In this document: in pieces, positions 49,915 through 61,183 of the stretch
How positions within the stretch are numbered: position 1 is the first letter of the stretch
How the letters are laid out: each line of letters opens with the position of its first letter
Assembly: GCA_025558095.1 (NCBI GenBank)
Contig: JAIVFI010000010.1
Location: 372,001 to 436,000, forward strand
Length of the DNA: 64,000 nt
Direction: 5' to 3'
Source of the DNA: Hyaloraphidium curvatum SAG 235-1
Lineage: Eukaryota; Fungi; Monoblepharomycota
Program-made: the position numbers and the translations under genes
The notes under the pieces: model-generated
What the model was told of the DNA's origin: nothing
Databases searched by the model: none
What the model saw: only the letters and a program-made list of their open reading frames with translations

Positions 49915-51047
49915 TCACGGCTCGCTCGCTCGCGGAGCCGTCCACGATTCGCAGCGATCCCAGAGTTCTCCACAGGCAGCCGCGTCGAGAGCGATTGGAT
50001 TAGGAGCCTTCTGCGAATGTAACGGCGAATGAGCCAAGAGACCGGTTGCTTTCAGCGCCAAGAACGCACCCCTTTCAACCCGTCCCAGTAGCTGCCCTGC
50101 CACCATTGGCCAACCTTCAACCTCTCATCTCCAGTAACACCTTTGAGTCCTGATTCGTACGCCTCTTCGAGCTCGGCGTCTGCATCAAGGGCGCATCGGA
50201 GGGTGGGCAAGGATCCTTCATCCTCGTTCAACATGCCTCCGAACGGGCGAAGGAAGAACCAGAGCACGGGAAGCAAAGACTGCAGATACCACGGGGCGTT
50301 GCTCCATCCGTTGGTCCAGACAAATCCCGGATGCAGGGAGAAGGTTGCGACTTTTGCCGGCTTGTGTTCAGAAGCGCCCAAATCTGATCCGTTGAGCAAG
50401 CTGGAAAGAGACCTGGCCAACATAACTTGTCCAAGCTTCGAGTCGGCGTATCTCCGGAACATCTCTCCTAGGTCCGCCTTCGGAGGAGTCCCTCCCGGCC
50501 CGACAACATCGAAGCGCACGCCCGCCGAGGAGTAATGGCCCTCCGAGCTCACGTTTACGATGCGGGGATAGAAGTGAGCGGGCCTCCCCGGGGCGGAGAG
50601 CAGCATAGGCTCCAATAGGCGCGACAAGAGGTGGTGGGAGAGCGTGTTCACGCCGAACTGCATCTCGAAGCCGTCCGCGGTGCGGCCGTCCACGTTGCCG
50701 ACCCCCCCGTTGCAAACGAGCAGATCCACGCGCGTTGGCGATCCGGTGAGCTTCGCGTGCTCCTGCACTCGATCTCGAACACGGCCGGCGAAGGTGCGCA
50801 CAGACGCCAGAGACGCGAGATCCAGGTCTTCGTGGACGACCTCCGTGCCCCCGGCGCCGGCGGACAGCTCCGCAGCGAGCTCCGTTCCAGCCTTGGAATT
50901 GCGATTGCCGAGTATGAGAAGGGCCACGCGGCCCGACGCCGCAAGGCGACGGGCAGATGACCGGCCGATGCCATTTGTCGAGCCCGTGAGGACGGCGACG
51001 AGCTTCATGTCCTGCGCCGTCTTCGGCGCGGTGGCTGCCTCGTCCAT
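49915..51047 (-). CDS. Short-chain dehydrogenase/reductase (retinol dehydrogenase/WWOX-like), 2 exons
   Basis: TGSTNGIG, LDLASLASVR, LVCNGG, DGFEMQFGVNTLSH, IVNVSS, YADSK (YxxxK) and SLHPGFV. Confidence 0.9.
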
Positions 51048-51258
51048 GGCCGCCGCGCCAACGAGAAGTGCTTTCCCAACGCAGTAGCGTAGTGTCGTTA
51101 CAGCGCCAAGCAACGCCAGGGATCGATCGGCGTTTCTCCGCAACGTCTCCCGCTGGTGCGGACACCAATGAAAGCCCAGCAGCGCATCAACGACATCAGG
51201 ATCAAGGATCCAGTACAATAAACAATGCCGGGCGTAGGCGGACGGTCAGGTCATCATA

Positions 51259-52140
51259 CTAGCTGACAACTCTGTAGCCTTTCTTCTTCTCCGCCCTCTC
51301 GCTCGCGGTGCTAATGCCTGCCAGCCCCTTTGCCGTGCAACGCAACCCGACGTTGCCGCCCTGGTGGCGCGTCCTGTCGAGCCAACCGCACCCCAGGAGC
51401 TCAAATACATGGAGCCTCCATACGAGGATCGAGCTGCGTAGCCCCCGCCGGGCAACGAACTCCTCGGGAGCCTCGTGAAACTTCCGTCGTCGGAGCATGA
51501 GGAGCAATTCGCTCCTGCCCTTTGAAAGTGAGGAGGAAAACAGGGCAGCCGACGGCACCGCCGCGCGCACGGTTCCCTGCCGGGGCAGCGTCAGGAGCCC
51601 GGCTGAAACCAGCAGAGAGATCTCCGAGTCGTCACAGGGCAAAGAATCCAAGAAGTCAGACCTGGACATGTCGACGGCGGCAACAGACGAAAGAAAGCGG
51701 CGGTAGCGTCCAAACAAGTCCTCATCCGGGGAGCTCGACGGGTAAAGGGAGGTCCACCTTGCCTCGCACGCCGCCCAGTAGTCCTCCGCAACCATGACCG
51801 CGTCGCTGCCCTGGGTGTCGGCAGTGCCGGTGCCCAGTATGAGCCTGCGAATGCGGCCCTCGCGCGCAAGCCTCGCCACCTCGGAGTCCACGACCGTGGG
51901 CTCCGTGGACAACACGCCGTAAATCATGGTAACCGTCACGAGCTTGGGCAGCGGCGGCGCGGGCGGCCGCGGCTTGGGAAGAAGTGACCGGAGGTACAGA
52001 ATGGCCGAGAGCGTGTCCGAGAGATCCGTGGGCGGCGGCGCGTCGGCCGCGGCAGCAGAAGACGCGTCCACGCCATCGGAGGCTTGATCTTCAGTTCGTC
52101 GCCTCTTTTTGGCCGGTTTCTCGGCCTCCATTGGTCCCAT
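51259..52140 (-). CDS. STK19: STK19-like winged-helix protein, intronless
   Basis: DTLSAILYL..LPKLVTVTMIYG..TVVDSEVARLAREGRIR, ISLLVSAGLL, KGRSELLLMLRRRKFHE and HVFELLGCG match recalled Stk19-family features. Confidence 0.72.
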   Translation of the reverse strand: MGPMEAEKPAKKRRRTEDQASDGVDASSAAAADAPPPTDLSDTLSAILYLRSLLPKPRPPAPPLPKLVTVTMIYGVLSTEPTVVDSEVARLAREGRIRRLILGTGTADTQGSDAVMVAEDYWAACEARWTSLYPSSSPDEDLFGRYRRFLSSVAAVDMSRSDFLDSLPCDDSEISLLVSAGLLTLPRQGTVRAAVPSAALFSSSLSKGRSELLLMLRRRKFHEAPEEFVARRGLRSSILVWRLHVFELLGCGWLDRTRHQGGNVGLRCTAKGLAGISTASERAEKKKGYRVVS

Positions 52141-52649
52141 GGCCTCTCCAGAAAGGAGGGCAAAACGACAGTCCACGAGGGCCGTGGGCGTCCGTGTGGC
52201 AAAGCAGGCACAATTGGGACCTCGAAGACTGAAGCGCCAAACCGGGCGAAGGAGCAAGAAGAAACAGACGAGGGCACGGTGCGGCGTGCCTCTTCCTATA
52301 TGAAGCTGTTGTCGCGGAGCGCTTGGCCAACATCGTGCGACGTGTCGCGCAAGGACCGTTATGTGTACCCGCATAGGGAGCGCGTTCCCGCAAGACCAGT
52401 TTCGCTTGGGAGAAAGCCCAACAGCGACGCGCGGAGATATGGCGGAGGACAGGACGGCACAATGCCAGTACCTTTGGTCGCGGAGCGCTCGGGCACGCGG
52501 TGGGCCATCTTGTTGCGACTTTCAGGAGGATCCTTCACAGATGGCGCGGTTGCTGCACTTCGATGAACGCCTGGCTCATTCTCAACACAACGCAAAGAGG
52601 ATCTGATAGATGGGCGATGGTTGGACTTGCCACCCCGCCGCCGAAGCTA

Positions 52650-53192
52650 GCCAGACCGACGATCCGGGGCGGCCGCGCGAGCGCCAACGCCGGCACGAGA
52701 CCGATTTGTGGGACCGCAGCCGAGGGAACGGTGGATGCCTCGGATGTCCTGCGCAGCCTTGGAGGGCCACGCTCATAATTTTCTCACCACCAAAGGCCCG
52801 CCACCGCCGCCGCGCTATTTCTCACTCGCCGGCACGAAAAAGTTGAGGCTCTTTAACCTTGCACAGGAGCAAACGCTTACCAGTGAAGTTCCGACTGAGG
52901 TGGCGTATTTGCTAGTTGAAAACTCCTTCCATACCGGTGGCCAGGCCCCCTTCGGGGGGCCGGGTCCAATTTCTGGAAACCCTCTGTTGGATGCGAAAGA
53001 GCGGTGAAACGAACGAAGCGCGGGGCACCAAACGATTCGGATCGCTGGCTGTGGAGGGCGCGGGAGTCTCGTGCGCGAACTCGCTGCTGGGCCCGAGGCG
53101 CAGTCGGTGGACCGCGGGGCTCCGCTGAGCCCCCGGGGGACTGCCCAGCCTTGCAACCGCAAAAGGGCTGTGTCCGTGGTTTTTGTCCACTC
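52650..53192 (+). repeat. Direct duplication, copy 2, carrying a U4 snRNA gene
   Basis: Matches 49328-49870 at an offset of ~3321 bp, with scattered substitutions only in the flanks. Confidence 0.95.
52855..52985 (+). ncRNA. U4: U4 spliceosomal snRNA, copy 2
   Basis: Identical by eye to 49534-49664, with the same U4 motifs. Confidence 0.9.
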
Positions 53193-53310
53193 ACCATACG
53201 GCCCCTGACTACGGATTTCTGGCTGAGGCGTGAGGCAATCGTCCGAGGCGTTCCTTGATTCGGGGCCGCCGGGCCCGTGCCCGCCGCCCCGGTATCACCG
53301 GCGGCCCACA

Positions 53311-53724
53311 ATGGCCTCGGAGAAACGCGCAGGGATGTCGTTCAAGATCTACCACAATCCCTCCTGCAGCACCTCCCGCAACGTGCTTTCCACGCTCCGG
53401 GCCGCCGGCATCGAACCCACGGTCGTCGAGTACTTGAAAACGCCGCCAACGCGCTCCGAGCTGGAGAACCTCGTTGCGGACTGCGGGGTGCCAGTCGCGG
53501 CGTTTGTGAGGTTCAAAGAGGACAAAACGGGAGACATGGACCTGACGAATGCGGGAAAATGGACGCCGGAGAGGCTCCTGGACTTGCTAGCAGAGCAACC
53601 CGTCTTCCTCGAGCGGCCCATCGTCGTCTGCCCCACCGGCAGCAGGTTATGTCGACCGCCGGAGCTCGTGCTGGAACTTCTGGATGAGAAGCAGAAGGAA
53701 ACGCTGCAAATGAATCGCCTCTGA
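53311..53724 (+). CDS. arsC: Glutaredoxin-dependent arsenate reductase of the bacterial R773 ArsC type, intronless
   Basis: IYHNPSCSTSRNVL..GIEPTVVEYLKTPP..FVR..LERPIVV..RLCRPPELVLELL, matching the HNPxCxTSR, RPIV and LCRP motifs of E. coli-type ArsC. Confidence 0.9.
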   Translation: MASEKRAGMSFKIYHNPSCSTSRNVLSTLRAAGIEPTVVEYLKTPPTRSELENLVADCGVPVAAFVRFKEDKTGDMDLTNAGKWTPERLLDLLAEQPVFLERPIVVCPTGSRLCRPPELVLELLDEKQKETLQMNRL

Positions 53725-53845
53725 TCTGCGCGAGACTGGACAGGCGGCAAGCGGGAGACAAGAAACGCTACAGATGTATTGCAATCGAATGAGGCAATCT
53801 TGCAGTGCAGAGCCGTTGCAGAAACATATCAGCATCCTCTCCCAC

Positions 53846-56130
53846 TCAGTGCACCATCGCCAGGACCGTGCCCTTGACCAGCGTCCTCCCACTCCGGAAC
53901 ACGAGGTCCCACCCGCGCGCAAGCCACTCCGGATCCCCCGCAAACCGTATCCTCGCGACCCCCTTCTCCCCCCGCAGCAGCATGCGCTCCGCGAGCAGCT
54001 CGGGCATCGCCCGCGCGCCGTCGGCCTGCCTGGCCCGCTTGATGTTCGCGACCAGCGGCCGCAGCGAGACCACCGCCGCGCTCTGCCGCACCGTTCCGAC
54101 GTCTGCGACGCCGGTCGCGCCAACCGTCAGGCCAATGTCCGCGGACTGCAGCTCCTTGGCCCCACGCGAACAGCCGTGCGACGAGAGGGAGGAAGAATGG
54201 TGGAGGACCTCGACCTCGGCGTCGAACTCGCGCGCGGGGGAGGGCGGAGGCGAGGTCGCAGGGAGACGGAGAAGGATCTGGCCCTTGCGGGGCCGCAGCT
54301 CCGGGTAGATCGGGTCCGAGGAGCCGCTTTCGGGGGAAGGCGCGGAAAGGGCGCGGCCGCTGCCCGAAGAGGCCGGGCTCTCCGGCTCCTCCTCTTCGTC
54401 CTCGTCCTCCGCACCGCCGCCAAAAAAGGCGGCAATGTCGTCGAAGCGGTCCGAGGAGCGCGCCGCGCCGACCGGCGCCGGCGGCCAACCGTCGGCTTCG
54501 TGCGAGGCCTCGGAACCGTCCTCACCATACAGTTCCAGAGCGAACGACGCCGCGTCTCCCGCCCTGACACTCAGCACAGGCATCCTCTGGCGGTGTATCG
54601 ACCGTATGCACACGCGGTCGAACGCGCCCTCGGGGCCCACGGGGCCGAGCCAGTAATGCCAGTCCTCGTCCTCGACCGACAGGTCGAGACCGCCCGAGAC
54701 CACGACACCCGAAACAACGATGCCGACATCGGGCAGGTTGTACACCTCGCCGACCTGGAACGCGATTTCGCCCCCGACCGCGCCCCGGGGCACCGCCGCC
54801 TTGGGCAGCAGCCGCAGGAACCGAGTCAGGAGGTCCAGGTTCTCGCCCGTCACGGACGAGGTGCAGAACACGGGCAGCGAGCGCCCCGCCAGGAGGTCCT
54901 CCACCGCGCCGGACACCTCGTCCATCGCGCGCACGCGGCGGAGCGCGGCGTCCGCGCCCACGGCCCTCTGCACGGCCGCCAAGGCGGCGTCGTCCGCCGG
55001 CGCCGCGTCCGCCTTGCTCACCACCACGAAGCACGGAATCCCCAGCGCCGCGCACAGCGCCACGATCTCCCCCGCCGGATCCGCCGCGCCGTCGTCGTCC
55101 CTCGCGCGGGCGGGCACCACCGCGCACGCGTAGTCGGGCCTGCGGCCGACCAGCGCCGAGACGGTGGTGCGGAGGTACCGCCTGTGCCCGCACGTGTCGA
55201 GGAGCTCCACCACGCTGCGGGAGCGCTCGACGACGTTCTCGCGGGTGGGGCAGGAGGCGTAGTTGAGGAGGGCGCCGTCGGGGGCGAAGCCGATGAGCTG
55301 CGACGAGAGCGAGGAGGTGCGGCCCGAATTGACCTCGTGGGGATGGCGAAGGAGGCCGAGGCGCGCGCGGCCGCGCGCATTGTCCCTCTGGCCGTGGCTG
55401 AGCACGCCGATGAGGGTCGATTCTGGCGGAAGGAGGGGACCGTCAGAGGCGGTCGCGGCTTCAGAGGATCGGCAACACCCACTCCCCGCGTCGGGTCCGC
55501 CGACGACCGCGACCCGCACGTCCGTGAACATCCTCCCCTCCTCCTGGGCCCCCTCCCTGACCACCCTCCTGACCGTGCACTCTGCCACCTCCCTCTCCCA
55601 CTCCCCCCCCTCGGGCCTGCACCACCCCGGCCCCACGTGCGCCGACGAGACCACCGGCCGCCTGCGCACGGTGCGCACCTCGGCGCCGGCCATGGCGCAC
55701 ATGCGGCGGAGGGTGCCCAGGGAGGCGTCGAGCTCCAAGGGGGCGAGGCCGACGAGCTCGCCCGAGTCGGCAACGCCGAGCTCGTACAGGCAGTGGCCGT
55801 TGCCCTCCGATAATCTTAACGTGCCGAATAATGTGATCCGCGGACAGCAAGGCCGGCAGAGGCGGTTGTTTGGTCGGATCCGACGTTCCCGTGACCGCCC
55901 GAGCCAACAGCAACCGTCCGGTCAGCGGCGCAGAAGTACGCGGCGGCAGCAGCGCACCTCCATCTCAGCTGCGTCACGAGGTGCTCGAGCCGCTGCGGCG
56001 TGACGTCCACCAGGCGCACCTTGTACTCGACCGAGCCGTCGTCGGATTCGCCGGGGACGAACCACCGCCCGTCGGCGTGCCGCCGCAGCGACCCCGACAG
56101 GAGCGACCGCGCGGGCGACGGCGAGTCCAT
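53846..56130 (-). CDS. GTPBP2: GTPBP1/GTPBP2-like translational GTPase, spliced
   Basis: PGESDDGSVEYKVRL..RLEHLVTQLRWR|..EGNGHCLYELGVADSG, VAVVGGPDAG|KSTLIGVL, RHPHEVNSGRTSS, DTCGH..YLRTT and SSVTGENLDLL. Confidence 0.87.
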
Positions 56131-56675
56131 GGCGCCCACGCTCAGAGCCGCGGTATCCGGAAGTCGAGCATCTGCTGGTGGAGAGGGCGGTCCGGCCGTG
56201 GCGACGGTTCACTGCCGCAATCAGGGTGGCGGAGATTCGATCACTCCGTCTCCCAACCCTGACCCTGACCTGCAAGGCTCCGCGTCCAGATCCCCATGTG
56301 AAGTGCAAGAATAGACAAGAGGAGAACGCTGGCTGACGAAATCGGCCGCGATCTGGGTGCGCTTCCTCGGTGGCACCTACGGAAGCGTTTGCACTTCTCC
56401 CTGCACGTTGCTTGCAGTGGCGGGCAAGCGATAAGGGCCCGGAGGGCGAGACATTGGAAATGGATGTCTCGAGGATTGCCAGGCTGGAGCAGAACGGGGC
56501 CAATCAATGCCGATCTAGGTGATCTCGCGTGCGCCTTGAGATGGCCCCGTGACTGGCGCCCCACAACCAACCACGAATCAAACCGGCAACGGGGCCCGAC
56601 AGCGCCTCGCCGGCACCGGATCCTTCATCTTTTGGACCTGTTTATTGCGACTAGCCGGCCTGGCTGGCCCCCGCC

Positions 56676-57938
56676 ATGTCGCGGCGCGTGTCAGTGTACG
56701 GCCGCAAGGGCGCTGCGCGGGCCGAGCGGCACTACCACGAGGCGCGCGAGTGGACGGCGTTTGCCGCCGAGGCGGGGCCGGATGCCGAGGCGGGCGGCGG
56801 CGAGGGCGGCGAGGGCGGTGCCGGCGCGCTGCTCGCCCCGCCCGGGGACGCCGGGCCCCTGCGCCCGCGCTCGCGCTCGGCGCCGCGCGCCCGCTCGCCG
56901 CCCGCCCGCGGCCGCCCGCGCGTGTCGGACCCCGAGCCAATCAACGCAAAGCGCGCGGGCAAACCGCGCGGCAGGTCGGCGCGGGGGAGGCGGCCGGCGC
57001 TGGACTTTGGCTCGGACGGCGGGCAACACACGGAGCCCGAGGAGGTCGTCCTGGACGCCGCGGATGACGGTGCGCCGGACGACGGCGGCCCAGATGGGGA
57101 CAAGGAGAACGACATTGTGTTGGAGCTCGACATCCCGGCCGCGCAGGCACCGCCCAAAGACATCTTCGATGTGCCGCTCTCGTCCCCCGAAGACGCAGAG
57201 CCCGTCGACTCGTCGGCCTCGGCGCCCGCCCCCGCCCCCGCCTCCGCCAAAGCCGCCGCAAAGCCTCTGCGCGCCCTCGGCGCGCTGCGCCCCTCGCTTG
57301 GCCGGCAGCCCGCGGACCGCAAGCCGGCCCCGAATCCGGCGCCCAAGAACGCGCCCAAGCAGGCACCCAAGCCCTCCACAAAGGCACCACCCAAGCAGGC
57401 CGCCAAGCCCGCCGCCGCGCGCCGCATCCCGCTGCAGTTCGTCCCCAACCCGGCCTCCCGCGTCGGCCCCGCTCCCGACCCGCCATCCTCGGACTCGTCC
57501 GCCTTCCCCGACGGCAACTCGGACAAGGAGAACGTCGCACCCACGGGGCGCTTCCTCCCCTCGCAGTTTCCCCCGCTGGACTCCTCCTCCCTTTCCGAAT
57601 CCTCCTTCGGCTTCGACCCCGCCGAGGTCATCCGCGGGTCAAACGCCCACGAGTATGCGTCACCGCGCTCGCGCTCCCCGTCCCCCTCGGCGCTAGCGAT
57701 CCCCGGCGCCCAGGCGGCGGCGGACGACGACGACGTCGGCGACCTCGACTCGCCGACGGTGCTGGTGAGCCCACCCCGGGGCGCGTGGAAGAAGCTCACG
57801 CCCGGCCCCGGGCCGACGAGGGAGGCGGCGGAGGTGGACTTTGAGATGAGCGGGAGGCCGCAGGGCGGGACGCAGAGCCCGAGCCAGGGGAGGGTGGGGA
57901 GGGGTTGGATGAGCCCGGGGCTGAGCCCGGTGTCGTGA
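56676..57938 (+). CDS. Hypothetical disordered Pro/Ala-rich protein with two KEN boxes; 3' end uncertain
   Basis: 420 aa ORF with GC3-biased codons, starting MSRRVSVYGRK and containing GDKEND and SDKENV; no folded domain recognised. Confidence 0.55.
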   Translation: MSRRVSVYGRKGAARAERHYHEAREWTAFAAEAGPDAEAGGGEGGEGGAGALLAPPGDAGPLRPRSRSAPRARSPPARGRPRVSDPEPINAKRAGKPRGRSARGRRPALDFGSDGGQHTEPEEVVLDAADDGAPDDGGPDGDKENDIVLELDIPAAQAPPKDIFDVPLSSPEDAEPVDSSASAPAPAPASAKAAAKPLRALGALRPSLGRQPADRKPAPNPAPKNAPKQAPKPSTKAPPKQAAKPAAARRIPLQFVPNPASRVGPAPDPPSSDSSAFPDGNSDKENVAPTGRFLPSQFPPLDSSSLSESSFGFDPAEVIRGSNAHEYASPRSRSPSPSALAIPGAQAAADDDDVGDLDSPTVLVSPPRGAWKKLTPGPGPTREAAEVDFEMSGRPQGGTQSPSQGRVGRGWMSPGLSPVS

Positions 57939-58368
57939 TCGGCGTGAACGAACTTCTTGGACGTGTGCGGGATGCTTGTATCCGTATCTTCTTTTCTTGT
58001 CTGCAGTATAGCTGCTACTACCTTGCACGAGCGCACCTTGTCCACGCATTAGTTAGCTAGGCGGCGCCACCATCGCCTCGTCCGGCGCCGGGACCACCGT
58101 TTTCGTCCGTCGCATGGATAGAACGACGAAATCCTCGGCAAGTTCCGCAACGTTCCCGATGCGCACGGCCGCCTCAGCGGCGTCCACGGCGCCTGCGTCG
58201 GGCGTAGTGTCGGACACGCGCTGCGCATACCGCAAGGCAGCCTCGTAGGTGTAAACAGCGCAACGCGATCGAGTGACGTGCCGCCGATCGCAGGCCGTTG
58301 CAGCAGCTCATCACCAGTTCGCGCTATGGGTGAATGAATTGATTTGAGGCACCGAATCGGTACGTGTG

Positions 58369-59623
58369 CTAGAGCGAAATGCCCGCGAGCCCCTCTTCCG
58401 GCCGGAACAGGATCTCCTTGGCCATCTCCTTGGCCTTGGCGGTGGTCTCCTCACTTGCCGGGTTCACCAGGCCGTTGGCGATCAGGGACCACTAATGTGA
58501 TAGGGTCAGTACGATTCCGAGCCCAAAGCGGAGCAGCTCACCGTCATCTCCTCGATCGACTGCTTCCATTCAATCGCAGGGCGTCCAATCAAGGCGCGGA
58601 ACTTGGAGCCGTCGTGCTTGTTTATCCGCCCCAGGTTCTTCGAAACCTCGCCGATGGTCTTGTCGAAGAGCCCGATGAAGCGGAGGAGGAAGCCAGGCAT
58701 CGACCAGGTGGGAACCCAGTAGCCGAGGGGCGCGAAGATGGTCGAGAGCCCGGCACACATCTCGCGCAGGCTGAACGTGAACGTGATGCCCTGATACCTC
58801 TGCCCCACGGAGTCGGGGTACAGCATGGCCTTAATGTGGGCCAAAGCCACGTCGCGCACGTCCACCCCCGAGAACCAAAGGTCCGGCACGGCGGGCAGCG
58901 TCTTGTGCAGCACGCGCTGGATGAGCTCCGCCGAGGTGCACTGCGCCGTCGAGAGCATGGGGCCCAGGACGAAGCCGGGGTTGACGACGGCCAGCTCGAA
59001 GGACTCGTTGGGGGAGAGGCCCTTGTGGAAATCCCAAGCGGCGCGCTCGGCGAGCGTCTTGGACTTGGTGTAGGCAGGCAGGGGATCGGCCGGATTGTCG
59101 ACTGGAAAACCCGTGGTCAGCGACAGATGCCGGTTTCTACCGCGATAGCCATACCTTTGGACCAGTCGTCGTCTTTCCACGTCCTGCCCTCGCCTTCTTG
59201 CCCCCATCCATTCGCGATCGCGGCGACGGAAGAAGTGACGACAACACGCTTCGTCTTGTCTCCTCCCTTCCCGTTGCGGCGCGCAACGGCCTTGAGCACG
59301 CCCAGCGTGCCGTCCACCGCGGGCTTGATCAGCACATTCTCGTCCTCCGGTTGCGACGACGGGAACGGGGATGCCACGTGCAAGACGTAGGTCGTTCCGT
59401 CGACGACCTTGTCCCACGTCTCATCGGGGCCGAGAAGGTCGGCCTCCACGAGTTCCAGCCCCTCGGACGCGCCGGGAAGTTCCTTGAGGAACTGGACCTT
59501 TGGCGAGGTCGTGGAGCGCACGGTGCCACGGACGCGGGCACCCGCGAGCAAAAGCAGACGAACGCAGTGCGCCGCGATGTAACCCGTGGCACCGGTAACG
59601 GCTACGAGCGGTTTCTTCTCCAT
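58369..59623 (-). CDS. Extended SDR, NAD(P)-dependent epimerase/dehydratase (DFR/Gre2-like aldehyde reductase), spliced
   Basis: VAVTGATGYIAAH, VRGTVRS, VLHVASPF, PAVDGT, VVVTSSVAA, YTKSKTLAERAAW, NPGFVLGP and VDVRDVALAH. Confidence 0.92.
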
Positions 59624-59733
59624 TGTGAGTCGTTGGGTCGGCGGGGGATCCGATCGCGGCGGAGCGTTCTTTACCCGACGATCGTCTCCACTCTCCCCAT
59701 CGTCTCTCCGTCCATCGTGCCTCTCTCTCCACC

Positions 59734-61093
59734 ATGAGCCTCCGCGACAAAGTCGTCTTCCTGTACGCCACGATCCGATGCGCCCCGAGGGCACGTCGCT
59801 GAATGCCTTCCACGGCAGTTCCGGAGGCTCCCGCGGCATCGGCCTCGCGTCTGCCATCAGACTTGCCAAGGAGGGAGCAAAGATTGTGATCACGGGAAAG
59901 ACCACGGACACGAACCCCAAGCTCCCCGGAACTATCTATTCGGCCGCCGGTGGGGCACGTTCGGCGGGCAACGTTGGCCGCAGGCTGACCCTGTGCGGGT
60001 AGAGGACTGCAAGGCTGCTGGCGCGCCTGATGCCATTGGCATCCCGTGCGACATTCGCGATGAGAAGCAGGTGATCGAGGCGGTGAACAAAGCGGTGCAG
60101 CACTTCGGAGGCATCGACATCCGTGGGTTCGTGTTCTCCCGTCGCCCATCCCTTCCTGACATCTTCCCGTTTCTGAATTCTGACTGGGACGTCTCTACAA
60201 GTCATCAACAACGCTTCTGCCATTTCGATCACTCCTACTGAGAAGCTGGGCACCAAGGTACCGCCGATCTTGTCGATCGCAACCTCCGTTACCTCACCTT
60301 CGCCGTTCCCTCTCCGTTCTCTCAAAACGAGATGTTCGATCTGATGAACTCTATCAATCTGCGCGGGACGTGGCTCGTAACGAAATACTGCATCCCCCAC
60401 CTGAAGGAATCCGCTAGGTGGGACATGACCCGAACGAAGTACTGCGTCCCCCATCTGAAGAAACCGAACAACTAGGAAGGGAAGGAATCCGCACATCGTC
60501 AACATGTCCCCCCCAGTTATCCTTGAGCCCGACGCTATTGGCAGGGGCACGGCCTACGGTGGGATCTCTGGATTCTGCATACGTAGGACGCTGCAGCTAA
60601 CCAGCACCTCAGCCTTGGCGAAATATGGAATGTCGCTTCAAGTCCTCGGACATTCTGCCGAGCTTCGCGAAGCCGGCGTTGCGGCCAATGGCCTGTGGCC
60701 CTGGAAGGGCGTGTTCACCGCTGGTGCGTCCTAACTCGGTACAATCTCGACATGCCATTGATTCGGAACTCGTTGACAGCAATCCGCAACGTGCTCGCTG
60801 GCGACTCCGCTGCCCCGTACTGCTTCCGGCCCGACATTCAAGCGGACGCCCTGTTTGTCATCGTGTCGCAGGATTCAAAGGCGTACACCGGCAATCTCAC
60901 GATCGACGCGATGGTTCTTGAATCGCAAGGCATCAAGGACATGACGGTTTACAAAGTCGATCCGACCAAGAAGGACTCGGAGATGATGGGGATGGCTTAC
61001 CTGCCGGCCGGCTACACTTTCACGCTCCCTCCCAAGAAGGTCCTTTCCGCGCCGTCGTACGACCTCCTCGCACTTTCTAGGAGCAAGCTTTGA
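59734..61093 (+). CDS. HSDL2: HSDL2-like peroxisomal SDR (C-terminal SKL), many exons
   Basis: SGGSRGIG, GKTTDTNPKLPGTIYSAA, CDIRDE, HFGGIDI, NNASAI, INLRGTWLVTKYCIPHL..NPHIVNMSPP, AY|ALAKYGMS and RSKL*. Confidence 0.88.
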
Positions 61094-61183
61094 ATAGCAA
61101 ACGATGTACATACAAGCTCAACCATGTAAGCTAAGAAGAGCGGCCGGAGACACTCCATTCCCCACGTGCCCGCTCGTGTTCAT

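Noticed and set aside
49328-53192. The direct repeats as LTRs of a retroelement
   Set aside because: They lack TG..CA ends, the internal region has ordinary SDR and STK19 genes without gag/pol, and the repeats are explained by U4 snRNA genes.
53774-55813. Long antisense ORFs (679 aa here; also 34426-36012, 38387-40096 and 62528-63799)
   Set aside because: These are shadow ORFs opposite real genes, expected from high GC3 and few stop codons.
58053-58260. Short minus-strand ORF (YEAALRYAQRVSD..AELAEDFVVLSM)
   Set aside because: It looks protein-like but has no ATG, no clear splice link to a neighbouring gene and no recognisable motif.
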